From NCBI RefSeq assembly GCF_006345805.1, contig NW_021829941.1, positions 1 through 35,323 of the forward strand: 35,323 bases of DNA. The letters run 5' to 3'. The stretch is from Octopus sinensis (taxonomy: Eukaryota). The notes beneath the pieces are model-generated. The model did not search any database. It was not told where the DNA came from and saw only the letters and a program-made list of their open reading frames with translations. Position 1 is the stretch's first letter, and the number at the start of each line of letters is the position of its first letter. Below, one piece after another: positions 23,204-34,964 of the stretch. The position numbers and the translations under genes were made by a program.

Positions 23204-24538
23204 TGTATGTATGTAAACGTGCAGATTTGTTTGTTTTATTTTATGTATGTCTTCACATGCATATACTTGCACATCTAAACATGCTCATATATACTTAAAG
23301 GATTAACTTCTAGAAAGTTTTACAGATTTTTACAGTTCCAGTGATGGCTCGGATTTGTAGTATTCGAATCAGCTTTCTCCTTTCTGGTTTGAGAAGCCTA
23401 ATTTCTCAAGATTGGTATTTAGGCAGTGTGTTACATATTCCAGTGCCCCAATAATTACAGGCATAAACCTGAACTTGTAATCATATACACTCATCCTTTC
23501 ATCTGATGATACATTGCAGTAGAGTCATGTGACTTCTTTGGACATGTATTCTAGGTTATCAGACAAAGAATGTTGTTCAAAGAGTTGCCTTCCAACTCTT
23601 ATGATGTTATCAGCCTCATGTAATGCAAACTTGGTCAAGAGACCCACTTCGACATTTGGTAGTTAAAAGATGTTGCCGAAGGGATACGATATTCAAAGGC
23701 ATTTTGGATCGATGTTAAGCCTCTGCCACTATGCTTTCATTTTAGGTAGAAGCGGTCTACGTCTCTGTTTTTGTGGAAATTATCTTTACTGGTTAGTATC
23801 TTCTGGGTTTTCACATCAAAGTTTTTCACATAACTGTATTATTGAATGCAGAGAGTATCCCGATGTCCAGATTTTCTTTATTTGGTTGTGATATTCTTTA
23901 GTGACTCATGTTTTGTTACAGGTGCTATTGTAAGATATCGATAACATTTCTTGTTAGATATAGGGGAAGCTGTTAAATCATTGATGGAGATGTTGCTAGT
24001 TTGGTTTACAGTTTTCCTTCTTTTAATAGCCATATAGCAACATTTCCCCTGACCAAATTCTAGCCCCTTATTCTTTGGGAATGTTGTAACTAAGTCAAGG
24101 ATCTTTTTCATCTGATGCATATCTTTTGCATACAGTTTCAAGTCATCCACAAAGAAACAGTGTGTAATTTTATTATTTCTGTTTCTTTGTGAACCATTGA
24201 CATATCCTTCAGACTTCCTTAACATGAATGATAAGGGGTTTACAGAAAGTATAAACAATATCACAAAGAGGCTGTCCCCTGGGAATATGCCTCTGCGATA
24301 CAGTATTCTATCAGTGATAATACAATTACTTCTTGTGTTTAATTTCAAGATGGTGATCCACGATGAAGTCAGGTCAGCTATGGCTTTGACAAAATTCACT
24401 GAAACTTTAGCAAGTTGAAGGGCTTCTAGCATCCATGAGTGGGGAACAGAATCAAAGGCTTTCTTGTAGTCTAGCCACATTGAAACTAAGTTCTTTATAT
24501 GCTCCCTCACCTCTAACATTACAGTTTTGTTTATTAAC

Positions 24539-24926
24539 AACTAGCAATATCGCCCGGCGTTGCTCAGGTTTGTAAGGGAAATAACTATATAAGCATTTTT
24601 AGAGATGTAAAGTATAATAGTCATCTCAATATGGCTAACCACAAAGGGGGGGGTTACTGTAGCTTTTTACGTTCTGAGATTTAATAATAAACTTTTAGAG
24701 AGTTACTTCCCTTATATATGCCAAAAATGCATTAAAAATGGGTAAAATTGATGGTAAATTCTTTTTAAAGTCGTAGACTCATCGTAGACGCGCGCCAATA
24801 CCCAGAATGAATCACGACTATAAGATACCCGGTTTTGGTTAAACTGCACCGCAAAATGTGGGAGTAGTTAGGAATCTAAATCGTAGGAGACAGACAGCAC
24901 ACAACCTTACTTGTATATATAAAGAT
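24539..24926 (+). mobile_element. Non-autonomous Helitron/HINE-like element inserted in the R4 RT
   Basis: Starts aactagcaatatcgcccggcgttgctcagg and ends gacagacag...ttgtatatataaagat; no TSD seen; it splits the RT between GCA.. and LLINKTV. Confidence 0.6.
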
Positions 24927-26090
24927 TTCACGGCACATCCTCAGACTCCCTTCTTCCCAGCTGCTTGTTCTGCTGTGATGATGTTATTGCTTTCACAGTG
25001 GTCCTGGAGGAAGAGGTTTAAACATGTTGTATATAATTTATACATTAATTTCTGGCATACAGTTGGCCGGTAGTTTTTTTTTTTTTTTTGCCATGTGGGT
25101 AGTCTTGCATTTGGGGATCAGTCATGTCTCTGCCAGAGCTAACCAATGTGGTATGCTACTGCTCCCAATGAGAGCTTGCTGGTATAGGTTGATAAGATAT
25201 AGTCGGTAGAAGGTTAGCTTCTTGTAACAATATACAACAATCAAATCCCTTCCCAGGTGTTTTCTGTATGCCAGAAATTAATGTATAAATTATATACAAC
25301 ATGTTTAAACCTCTTCCTCCAGGACCACTGTGAAAGCAATAACATCATCACAGCAGAACAAGCAGCTGGGAAGAAGGGAGTCTGAGGATGTGCCGTGAAA
25401 TCTTTATATATACAAGTAAGGTTGTGTGCTGTCTGTCTCCTACGATTTAGATTCCTAACTACTCCCACATTTTGCGGTGCAGTTTAACCAAAACCGGGTA
25501 TCTTATAGTCGTGATTCATTCTGGGTATTGGCGCGCGTCTACGATGAGTCTACGACTTTAAAAAGAATTTACCATCAATTTTACCCATTTTTAATGCATT
25601 TTTGGCATATATAAGGGAAGTAACTCTCTAAAAGTTTATTATTAAATCTCAGATACCCGGTTTTGGTTAAACTGCACCGCAAAATGTGGGAGTAGTTAGG
25701 AATCTAAATCGTAGGAGACAGACAGCACACAACCTTACTTGTATATATAAAGATTTCACGGCACATCCTCAGACTCCCTTCTTCCCAGCTGCTTGTTCTG
25801 CTGTGATGATGTTATTGCTTTCACAGTGGTCCTGGAGGAAGAGGTTTAAACATGTTGTATATAATTTATACATTAATTTCTGGCATACAGTTGGCCGGTA
25901 GTTTTTTTTTTTTTTTGCCATGTGGGTAGTCTTGCATTTGGGGATCAGTCATGTCTCTGCCAGAGCTAACCAATGTGGTATGCTACTGCTCCCAATGAGA
26001 GCTTGCTGGTATAGGTTGATAAGATATAGTCGGTAGAAGGTTAGCTTCTTGTAACAATATACAACAATCAAATCCCTTCCCAGGTGTTTT
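24673..26090. other. Forward / inverted / forward rearrangement (DUP-TRP/INV-DUP geometry)
   Basis: 25264-25653 is the reverse complement of 24673-25062; 25651-26090 repeats 24823-25263. The ORF track lists the same MGVVRNL... peptide three times. Confidence 0.92.
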
Positions 26091-27439
26091 TCCATCCTGA
26101 AGTTTCTGGATCACAGTTACAATGGTATCACCATCAATGCTGTATGTCTTGGGTGTAATGCAGGCACAATATTTTCTTCGAATTTCTCCCAGCCACAGAG
26201 CACCTACTTTAAATTCCTCTTCACTCCAGATTTTCCTTCAGAAGGAAACTATATCTTCTCGTGTAGAAGTTTTTTTTTGTGATGTTCACTGCTTCTCCTC
26301 TCATGTCTCTGTATACTGCTGCCTGGTTCCAATTCAATTTTTTGTTTATTGTTTTTCTCTTGGCTATTCTCTTCTGATATCGGAATCTCTCACTGACAGC
26401 TTTTAGCTCCTACCTGAAAGTGATCAGTTTGCAAGTGAGTGTTTTCTTTTTGCTATCTCCAAAATCACTTGTATCTCCTTCATTTTTTTTTTTTTTTGTT
26501 GGTCAGACGTATAGTGATTTGCTTGTTTGCATGCAATAAGCATCATCACATGGCTGATGGCCTCCCATAAATCAGCTATGTTTTTCTCTGTCTTCAAAAC
26601 CCATGATGGTACTTTCTTTCTTGTTTCGGTTTTGTTTACTTTTTGAATGTCGTTCATGTACTGCTTCGCAGTAGTAGACAAGGCATATAGACAAGCGTTA
26701 ATCTGCCAGAATGAAGGTTCATTACACTGCAGTAAATATTCCTCACCAATTTCGTTAACAGCTTTTAATACCGTATCTGGTGCTTATTTTTTTACTTACT
26801 TTGGTACTTATATATGTATGTATTGTCTCTTGGTGTTTGTGCTTTTCTCCTAACGCCGCTTGGTAAGAAGCGTTGGCTCATTTACGTCCCTGTAAAAATA
26901 GCAGTTCGACAACAAAGACCGAGAGAAGAAGTAACAGGCTTGAAAATAAGAACTAGTGTCGATTCGTTCGACTTAAACTTTTCGTGGCAGTGTCCCAGCA
27001 TAGCCGATGTCGAATGACTGAAACAATTATGGTGGTTGATTTCATTTTCATTTTCGATCGCATGCGGATCAACCAATCTCACACTATACAAGTAAAAGAT
27101 AAACGATAAAAGATATATATCTATATATATAAAACTGAGAATGTGTGTACGTGTCTATATATACATATATATCGATTGCAAAATTACAATTCTTATAACT
27201 TATAACTTTTGGACTCCCAGGCATCCAAATAAGCCCTACCAAACACAAACCAAAAACCCGCTCCTTACACTGCTGAACCCCCTCCCCCAATAAACAGACA
27301 CACAAAATATGAAAGACGACCATCAACCCCAAACCCCACAAAGACAAACACATAGGCAGCAAGACGAGCACGATACATACAACCAACAACCTATAACACT
27401 TGGAGAGAACAAACAGAATATGAACAACCACCAACACGT

Positions 27440-27871
27440 AATACTGGACACCCTAAATGGAGATTGTCTCTATGTATGCGTCTAGGTGTTTGTCACTTCC
27501 CTTGTAAGGGGCGAAATGGGATTTTTTCCTTATGATTGAGTTATCTTCTGTTTCTTTATTTTCAAAGAATTCCATAAGGCGGAGGTGGCGGCTGAAGTTG
27601 TCTATATCAGTTTTTAGTTCTATGAGATTTGGAGTGGGTGTGGGTGTAAATTTGAGGCCTTTTAGTAGTAGGTTCATTTCATTTTCGTAAGTTCTCTTTT
27701 AGATAGGTTTATTATTTTGGGGTCTATGTGCCTTGTGTGTTCATTCGGAATTTTTGGTGTATTGGGTCTGGAGTATGGTTGAAGTATCCTTTCCTTAAAA
27801 AAAGGGGTTGTGTTGCTGCGTCTCCAAATTCCATTTTCAGGTCTTAGGTTTTCTTGTGCGCACATACGCAC
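27440..27871 (-). mobile_element. Penelope-like element (PLE), N-terminal ORF fragment
   Basis: IINLSKRELTKM/MNLLLKGLKFTPTPTPN...DIDNFSRHLRLMEFF...KSHFAP...LDAYI is a typical PLE N-terminus; 1-bp frameshift at ~27675. Confidence 0.85.
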
Positions 27872-28135
27872 ACATACACTCTCTCACAAGACGACGATAA
27901 AGTGACATTTTGGACCCCAGCTGACTTGACCATGGCTAAAAGCCAATGACTGGTTATTTTTAACAACTTGACCATTCCTCCTTAACATATATGTATGTAT
28001 CCTGTTGTCTGCTCGGGGTGGTAGGGGTTCGCTCTTCTTGCTAGCAATATATATTGTATATACAGAGTGCAGCGCCTGTTTATACAATATATATTGCTAG
28101 CAGGAGGAGCGAACTCCTACTATTCTGCAGCAGAG

Positions 28136-28184
28136 TCACGAAATTGACTCGGTTTCGAGCCGGTTGGCTCATCTTCAGTCGCGA
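28136..28184 (-). ncRNA. Minimal type I hammerhead ribozyme motif (imperfect stem I register)
   Basis: Minus strand: tcgcga CTGAAGA t gagcc-aacc-ggctc GAAAC cga GTC aatt tcgtga. Confidence 0.6.
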
Positions 28185-28340
28185 GAACCTGGTCACCAGA
28201 GCGATTAACTTTACTTGCTAGTATAGTTACTACTCTGATCTCTTCATGAGATTTTACAACTAGCTATTTTGCTTGTTGCAAATCAGTGGCCGATGTTCGC
28301 TTTGTTTACGGTATATTGCTAGCTTGAGCGCATCCTGGCT

Positions 28341-28391
28341 GTCGCAACTGAAGATGAGCCAACCAGCTCGAAAATGAGCTAGTCTTGTGAT
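28341..28391 (+). ncRNA. Minimal type I hammerhead ribozyme motif, predicted cleavage after C28384
   Basis: gtcgcaa CTGAAGA t gagc-caacca-gctc GAAA a tgagcta GTC ttgtgat: 7-bp stem I, 4-bp stem II, one stem III mismatch. Confidence 0.7.
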
Positions 28392-28592
28392 CTTGTTGTC
28401 TGCAAGAGGATGGCAGTTGTTCGCTTGCCCAGCTAACAATATATATTGTATATACAGGGTGCAGCACCGCACCGATAACCAGCTAGCAGAAGATCTGCCC
28501 GTGGTTAAACTAGTAGTAACCTGGAACAGCCACTTTGATGTGGGGATTAAATTTACTTGTTAGTATAATCACTACTCTGATCTCTTCTTGAC

Positions 28593-28735
28593 AAGTAGCT
28601 TGCTTACCAACCACATGGTTCCGGGTTCAGTCCCACTGCGTGGCATCTTGGGCAAGTGTCTTCTGCTATAGCCTCGGGCCGACCAATACCTTGTGAGTGG
28701 ATTTGGTAGACGGAAACTGAAAGAAGCTTGTCGTA

Positions 28736-28776
<41 letters not shown>

Positions 28777-28974
28777 ATATGTGTGTGTGTGTGTGTGTAT
28801 TTGTCCCTCTAGCATTGCTTGACAACTGATGCTGGTGTGTTTACGTCCCCGTCACTTAGCGGTTCGGCAAAAGAGACCGGTAGAATAAGTACTAGGCTTA
28901 CAAAGATAAATCCCGGGGTTGATTTGCTCGACTAAAGGCGGTGCTCCAGCATGGCCGCAGTCATATGACTGAAA
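28593..28974 (+). mobile_element. SINE A lacking the first ~20 nt
   Basis: aagtagcttgcttacc...gcagtcatatgactgaaa. Confidence 0.88.
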
Positions 28975-28997
28975 TGTATATATGTATGTATGTATAT

Positions 28998-29155
28998 ACT
29001 TGAAATTTATAGAAAAACAAATGACGAAGTTAAGTGTATGAACAACAAACAAGTATATTAGTTTGACGCTCAGGAAAAAGGAAAAAAGTATTTTGCATTT
29101 CGAGCCTACGCTCTTCAACAGAAAAGGATAAAAGAAAATAAACAGAGAGAGAATG
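28998..29155 (-). mobile_element. Element W copy 3
   Basis: Reverse complement reads ccttttctgttgaagagcgtaggctcgaaatgcaaaatac. Confidence 0.7.
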
Positions 29156-29443
29156 AAAAAATGGAAAATAACCAAAAACAACATCAACAACACCACGGCC
29201 CAAAAAAGAATAAATCAAAATCTTACGATGAGTACATCTGTATTACAAACAACAGTCGAACATTGATATGATATGACCACTCAATTAGAAGTGTGGGCGT
29301 TCAAATTAAAACCAATTAAATCTAAGAAATATATACTCATACCACCAGCAACAACCACCTCACCAGGCGAGGCATCGTGTTACATATCTGTTTACAACAC
29401 CCTCCTTCACTTCTGAATACTTATTAGAGGAAATTCTCACGCC

Positions 29444-29745
29444 TATGCGAGGCTGGGCTGAAAAGTTCATAGACTGACTCTGGAGGAGTGAGAGTAAAGT
29501 TGGAAAATCTTGCATGCATTAATTTCAATCCTTCTTATTAATAACTGCATTGTTGACGACTGACTCTTCAAAGAAGACTTCAAAAGTAATTGGTAGCGAC
29601 TTCTCTTTAAAATAGAAGAAATTTGGCATCATGCTGTTATCAAATTAAGTACCTACAGAAAAGGGTTTAGTCCCAAAGGACATTCATGCTGATATGGTTG
29701 CTACATTAGAAAATGACGTTCCAGTTTTATCAATAGTACAAAAAT
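29444..29745 (+). mobile_element. 5' fragment of a mariner element
   Basis: TIR-like gcgaggctgggctgaaaagttcatag; frameshifted IEEIWHHAVIK/YLQK/GLVPKDIHADMVATLENDVPVLSIVQK. Confidence 0.7.
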
Positions 29746-30199
29746 TTCCTTTATAAACAACCTCTACCACCAAACTTACGTATTTCACCAAGCTATCCTT
29801 TACTCCTCCTCCATACATCACTTTCTGGTCCATGCATTCAGGTACTACGATCCTCTGGCAAATAATTTCCCCATTATAACAACGCATTTATACATCAATA
29901 TACAAAGGAAAAACAATTTTACGAACATCAAATATGATCGCTGGAACCTTTTCCATCATGAGACATAATTAGGGTTCAGGTAATTCAACACGACCACATC
30001 TCATCAATATAAACATTGCTTGACAACCGATGCTGGCGATTAACTTTACTTGTTAGTATAATCACTACTCTGATCTCTTCTTGAGAAGTAGCTTGCTTAC
30101 CAACCACATGGTTCCGGGTTCAGTCCCACTGCGTGGCATCTTGGGCAAGTGAAATGCAGTGAAATGCAGTGAACTGAGTAATGACGAATGCATCCAAGA

Positions 30200-30490
30200 T
30201 TAAAGTCTGTCGTGAGCCCTATGGAGGCCGGAGATTAACCAGGTTTCCAGACGCGTAAATGACTGCGATTACAAGACTATCCCCCGAACAGGACGCTGAT
30301 CCTTCACAGGGTTAAATTCCCAACTATAGCTAGAATTCATTTACGGCTGAGTGGACTTGAGCAAAGTGAAATGAAAAAACAAACAAATAAACAAAAGAAC
30401 AACAATGCAACGCACCGCCCAGTCTGAGAATCGGAACTACGATCTTACAATCGTGTGCGCAGCACCTCAACCACTAGGCCACTCACCTCC
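30200..30490 (-). mobile_element. tRNA-derived SINE family C with a conserved-core-like body
   Basis: Reverse complement: gagtggcctagtggttgagg...gtagttccgattc...agtccactcagccgtaaatg...accctgtgaaggatcagcgtcctgttcgggg. Confidence 0.65.
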
Positions 30491-30754
30491 AACAACGTAT
30501 CCAAAAACAAAACATCTTGCAAACTAATATAGAGATATAAGAAAACCACTCATACAACGGAAATAAAACTAAGTAACAAGAAACTAAATGGGGAAGTACA
30601 GACAAACGGAAAATTGGCAAACATTTCTTTCAAATATAAATCACAAAACCAGAAGTAAAACATTATATACTCAACGACTATAATAACAGCCATGACAACA
30701 TTACCCATGAATACATCAAATAACTTTCCTACACTTCAACAACAACAACAATAA

Positions 30755-31608
30755 TCTTTTCTACTTTAGGCACAAGGCCCGAAATTTTGTGGGAGAGGGT
30801 CAGTCGATTTGATCGACCCCCAGTACGCAACTAGTACTTAATTTATCGACCGCGAAAGGATGAAAGGCAAAGTCGACTTCGGCGGAATTTGAACTCAGAA
30901 CGTAGCGACAGATGGAATACCTATTTCTTTACTACCCACAAGGGGCTAAACACAGAGAAGACAAACAAGGACAGACAGACGGATTAAGTCGATTATATCG
31001 ATCCCAGTGCGTAACTGGTACTTAATTTATCGACCCCGAAAGGATGAAAGGCAAAGTCGACCTCGGCGGAATTTGAACTCAGAACGTAGCGGCAGACGAA
31101 ATACGGCTACGCATTTCGCCCGGCGTGCTAACGTTTCTGCCAGCTCGCCGCCTTAATAACAATAATAATAATAATAATAATTAAAGGCACAAGGCCTGAA
31201 ATTTTGGGAGAGGGGACTAGTCTATTACATCGATTCCAGTGTTTCACTGGTACTTAATTTACCGACTCTAAAAAGATGAAAAGCAAAGTCGACCTCGATG
31301 GAAGTTGAACTCACAATGTGAAGATAGATGAAATGCCGCTAAGCATTTTGCCTGGCGTGCTAGCGATTCTTCCAACTCGCCGCCTTAATAATAATAATCC
31401 CTTGTACTATAAGCACAAGGCCTGATATTTGGGGAGAAAGGGTTAGTCGACTACATTGACCCCAGTACTCAACTGATACTTAATTCATTGACCCCAAAAG
31501 GATGAAGGGAAAAGTCAATCTCGGCAGAATTCGATCTCAGAACGTTGTAGCAGACGAAATACCAAGCTTTTCGCCCGGTGTGCTAACGATTCTGCCAGCT
31601 TGGCGCCT
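30755..31608 (-). mobile_element. SINE B cluster: dimer 30755-31152, tail-2 monomers 31165-31385 and 31400-31608
   Basis: Same core and tails as the other B copies, separated by (AAT)n. Confidence 0.85.
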
Positions 31609-31636
31609 TAATAATAATAATAATAATATAATAATA

Positions 31637-31681
<45 letters not shown>

Positions 31682-31765
31682 TGATGATGATAATAATAAT
31701 AATAATAATATAATAATATATAATAATAACATAATAATAATAAGAAGAAGAAGAAGAAGAAGATA
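31608..31765. repeat. (AAT)n/(GAT)n/(AAG)n compound microsatellite
   Basis: Direct reading. Confidence 0.95.
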
Positions 31766-31906
31766 GGCGTAGGTGTTGCTTCCCAACTAGATGGCTCCAG
31801 GTTCAAGTTTTCTGCGTGGTATCTTGAGCAAGTATCTTCTGCAAAATCTTCGGGTAGATGAAGGCTTCGTGAGTGAGTTTGGTAGACAGAAACTGAAAGA
31901 AGTCTG

Positions 31907-31960
<54 letters not shown>

Positions 31961-32012
31961 TGGTCAAGCACTAAACGTACTTGAGTCAACATGTTTTGTT
32001 AAGCAAACTTAC

Positions 32013-32088
32013 CTTGACTATGGTTCTGTAACGTCGCCGAGCATCAGAAAAATCGATTTTTGGGAATTTTTTACTTTTCATTAATTTT
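32013..32088 (-). CDS. Candidate exon of an unidentified host gene (KLMKSKKFPKIDFSDARRRYRTIVK)
   Basis: Open frame ending at a strong AAG|GTAAGT donor; weak acceptor tttaag; unique sequence. No homology recognised. Confidence 0.3.
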
Positions 32089-32104
32089 CTTAAACTTGGT
32101 TAAA

Positions 32105-32310
<206 letters not shown>

Positions 32311-32539
32311 GTGAGTGTTGCTTTCAAGCTTTATGTTTTGAGTTCAAATGACGCCAAGATCAACTTTGCCTCTCATCCTTTCATCATTTCGGACTCAGTA
32401 AAATATGTACCAGTCAAGTAGTGGTGTTGATATAATCGACCTGCCCATCCGCCCCAACACCCTCAAAATTCATGGACACGAACCAAAATTAGAAAGAAAC
32501 AGACTATGTATTATTTGAGATTGTATTTAATTGTCTCAC

Positions 32540-32655
32540 ACTGTTCCGCTTGAGTTGGGATCAATTCTACGGAAGCCGATTTTCAAAGAATTTTTCGATT
32601 GATGTTCTAGCTGCTGTTGTAATTTCATCATTATTGTTGGACGCGCTGTTTGTTT
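32540..32655 (-). CDS. Candidate exon (KQTARPTIMMKLQQQLEHQSKNSLKIGFRRIDPNSSGT)
   Basis: tctag acceptor, gtgaga donor, open frame with an EF-hand-loop-like FRRIDPNSSGT; phase compatible with 32013-32088. Confidence 0.22.
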
Positions 32656-32869
32656 CTAGATTTAGAATTTCCGAATTCTAAGGATGGCAACAATCTTATT
32701 GATAGAGATATAGCTGTTACTCTGATCAAGTTCAATGACTCACTAAGCATAAGTTCTCTCACAGCCTTGTGTAGTCGCCATTTTAACAGAATTACACGAA
32801 TGCTATTGAACAAAATTTGTCTTGTTTGTGTGTAACTAGTCTAACGGAAGTGTAAACTTTTCAAATATT

Positions 32870-33245
32870 ATATATTTCTTTATTACCCACAAGCGGCTAA
32901 ACATAGAGGGGACAAACAAGGACAGACATAGGTATTAAGTCGATTACATCGACCCCAATGCGTAACTGGTACTTAATCGACCTCTGCAGAATCTGAACTC
33001 AGAACGTAACGGCAGACGTAATACCTATTTCTATTTCTTCACTACACACAGAGAGGACAAACAAGGACAGACAAACGGATTAAGTCGATTATATCGACCA
33101 CAGTGCGTAACTGGTACTTATTTAATCGACCCCGAAAGGATGAAAGGCAAAGTCGACCTCGGCGGAATTTGAACTCAGAACGTAGCGGCAAACGAAATAC
33201 CGCTAAGCATTTCGCCCGGCGTGCTAACTATTCTGCCAGCTCGCC
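32870..33245 (-). mobile_element. Dimeric SINE B with internal deletions
   Basis: Junction gtaatacctatttc at ~33020; head ...gctaactattctgccagctcgcc. Confidence 0.8.
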
Positions 33246-33827
33246 TAGTTCATACAAGCTGAGTAATTTTGAGGGAATGGAGCAAGTTGATTACATTGAC
33301 CCCAGTACATGACTAGTAGTTTATTATTTTTGCCCGCGAAAGAAGGAATGTTAAAGTCGGTCTCAACGGAAACATTTTGCCAGCTCATCGACATTGTGAA
33401 ATGAAGAAGAGTAAAAACGCAGATGTGTTAGTAAGAAGCTTTCTTCCCAGTCGTGTGGCCTTAGGTTCAATACAACTGTGTAACACCTTATTGCAAACAT
33501 CTTTGTGGGCGAATTTGCCAGACAAAAAAGCTGACAGAAGTTCACAGCCGCGGTGATAAGTTAATTTCTTTGCTCATTGCCTGATTTGTTGTTTTCAGTG
33601 AAATGGTGGCTTAGTAGAGGATTTTTTGAGTCTTATTTTTTGCAACGCTGGTACCCCGTGTACCGTCAATTATAATTTTAATTGATTATAAAATTTATGG
33701 ATTTGCCCTTTATCGGCTTAAATGCTTGCTGGCCACTTATTGTTGTTATTTATTTACTACTAATAATACTAATAATATCTATAAAAATATTTTTGAATAT
33801 TTATACACACACATGCATATATATATA

Positions 33828-34206
33828 CACTACCGTCAGAAATTAATTAGCACCCTTGATTTGCTCTTCACTCAAGGTATGTGCTGTCACCTAGTGGCCA
33901 TATCTCGAACTATTGCTTTGTTGCGAGTTCACTGTTGCGCAGAACGATGACGTAACTTTGTTTGCAGAGCAGTTTGAGAGTCTACAGCCTTATGATGTTG
34001 ACATAGCAGTTGCAACAACAACTTGGAGTGCGGTGCAGACAAATCTTCCTTTGTTTAATAGATATAGGTAGCGCCCGCTCGAAAGGACCGAAATCACACC
34101 ATACTAAGTTTTCTCATCGCGTAAGACGTTTTGAACAGCTCATAGGTTAATTGATTTAACCTATTAATGTAGAAATTTGAGAAGTGCTAATTAATTTCTG
34201 ACGCAA

Positions 34207-34209
<3 letters not shown>
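33828..34209 (-). mobile_element. Tc1-derived MITE/deletion derivative with TA TSD
   Basis: TA|cactaccgtcagaaattaattagcac versus gtgctaattaatttctgacgcaagtg|TA (2 mismatches); MSCSKRLTR* remnant on the minus strand. Confidence 0.85.
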
Positions 34210-34242
<33 letters not shown>

Positions 34243-34333
34243 CTACAATATAGGATGAAGTTTTTTTACAGAAAAAATTCCATCAAAAAATGTGGCAGAA
34301 TATTAAAATACCTTTACGGTTAAAATTATAAAC

Positions 34334-34914
34334 AACTTATAAATAAGGGCTAAAGAAAATTATTTCAATGCCAATATGCTGATAACAGACTTTTAAATCG
34401 TTAATTTCCACATATTATTTACTCGCTACAGAAAAAAATACGAAGAACTGAATTCGGGGAAAGCCGGCCGATAGAATTTTTTAAAAGTTCGTTATTTCTA
34501 TATTGAATCAATTTCAGAATTAATCTCATAATAGATTTTTTCCTCTTCAGTAGAACATACGAAAGGATATAAATAAGATACTTATATGCGCCCATGGATT
34601 ATTTTTAGATATATCTGGGGTACTTATGTGTACTCATGGTTTTTTGCTTCGGCTTTTTTCCATGGGCGCATGTATCTTATTTATATCCTTTTGTATGTTC
34701 TACTGAAGAGGAAAAAATCTATTATGAGATTAATTCCGAATTGATTCAATATAGAAATAACGAAACTTTAAAATTCTATCGGCCGGCTTTCCCCGATTTC
34801 AGTTCTTCGTGTTTTTTTCTGTAGCGAGTAATAAATGTGGAAAAATTGACGATTAAAAGTCTGTTATCAGCATAGTGCAGTGAAATAATTTTCTTTAGCC
34901 CTTATTTATAAGTT
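34334..34914. mobile_element. Long palindromic element, ~260-bp arms, 60-nt spacer
   Basis: aacttataaataagggc...gcgcccatgga (34334-34598) pairs with tccatgggcgc...gcccttatttataagtt (34659-34914). Confidence 0.85.
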
Positions 34915-34964
34915 ATATATATATATATATATATTATATATTATATATATATGTATGACATTAT

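Larger units (their letters stand above)
22831..26810 (-). mobile_element. Long decayed R4/Dong-clade (RLE-type) non-LTR retrotransposon with nested insertions and a rearrangement
   Basis: F*RKIWSEEEF, KTPGKD, NYRPTVC, WLDYKKAFDSVPHSW, GIFPGDSL, FFVDDLKLYA, GLEFGQGKC, DVDRFYLK*KHSGRGL, MPVIIGALEYVTHCLNTNLEKLGF; internal deletion before the C-terminus. Confidence 0.88.

Noticed and set aside
24858-25901. Three identical MGVVRNLNRRRQ... ORFs that look like a gene family
   Set aside because: The ORF spans a Helitron-like end and the antisense R4 RT; its triplication is explained by the rearrangement.
29745-30000. Possible L1-type C-terminal fragment (LLH..WSC..W); similarly KW...KHFFQI at 30500-30750
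   Set aside because: Needs several assumed frameshifts; too weak to call without an HMM search.
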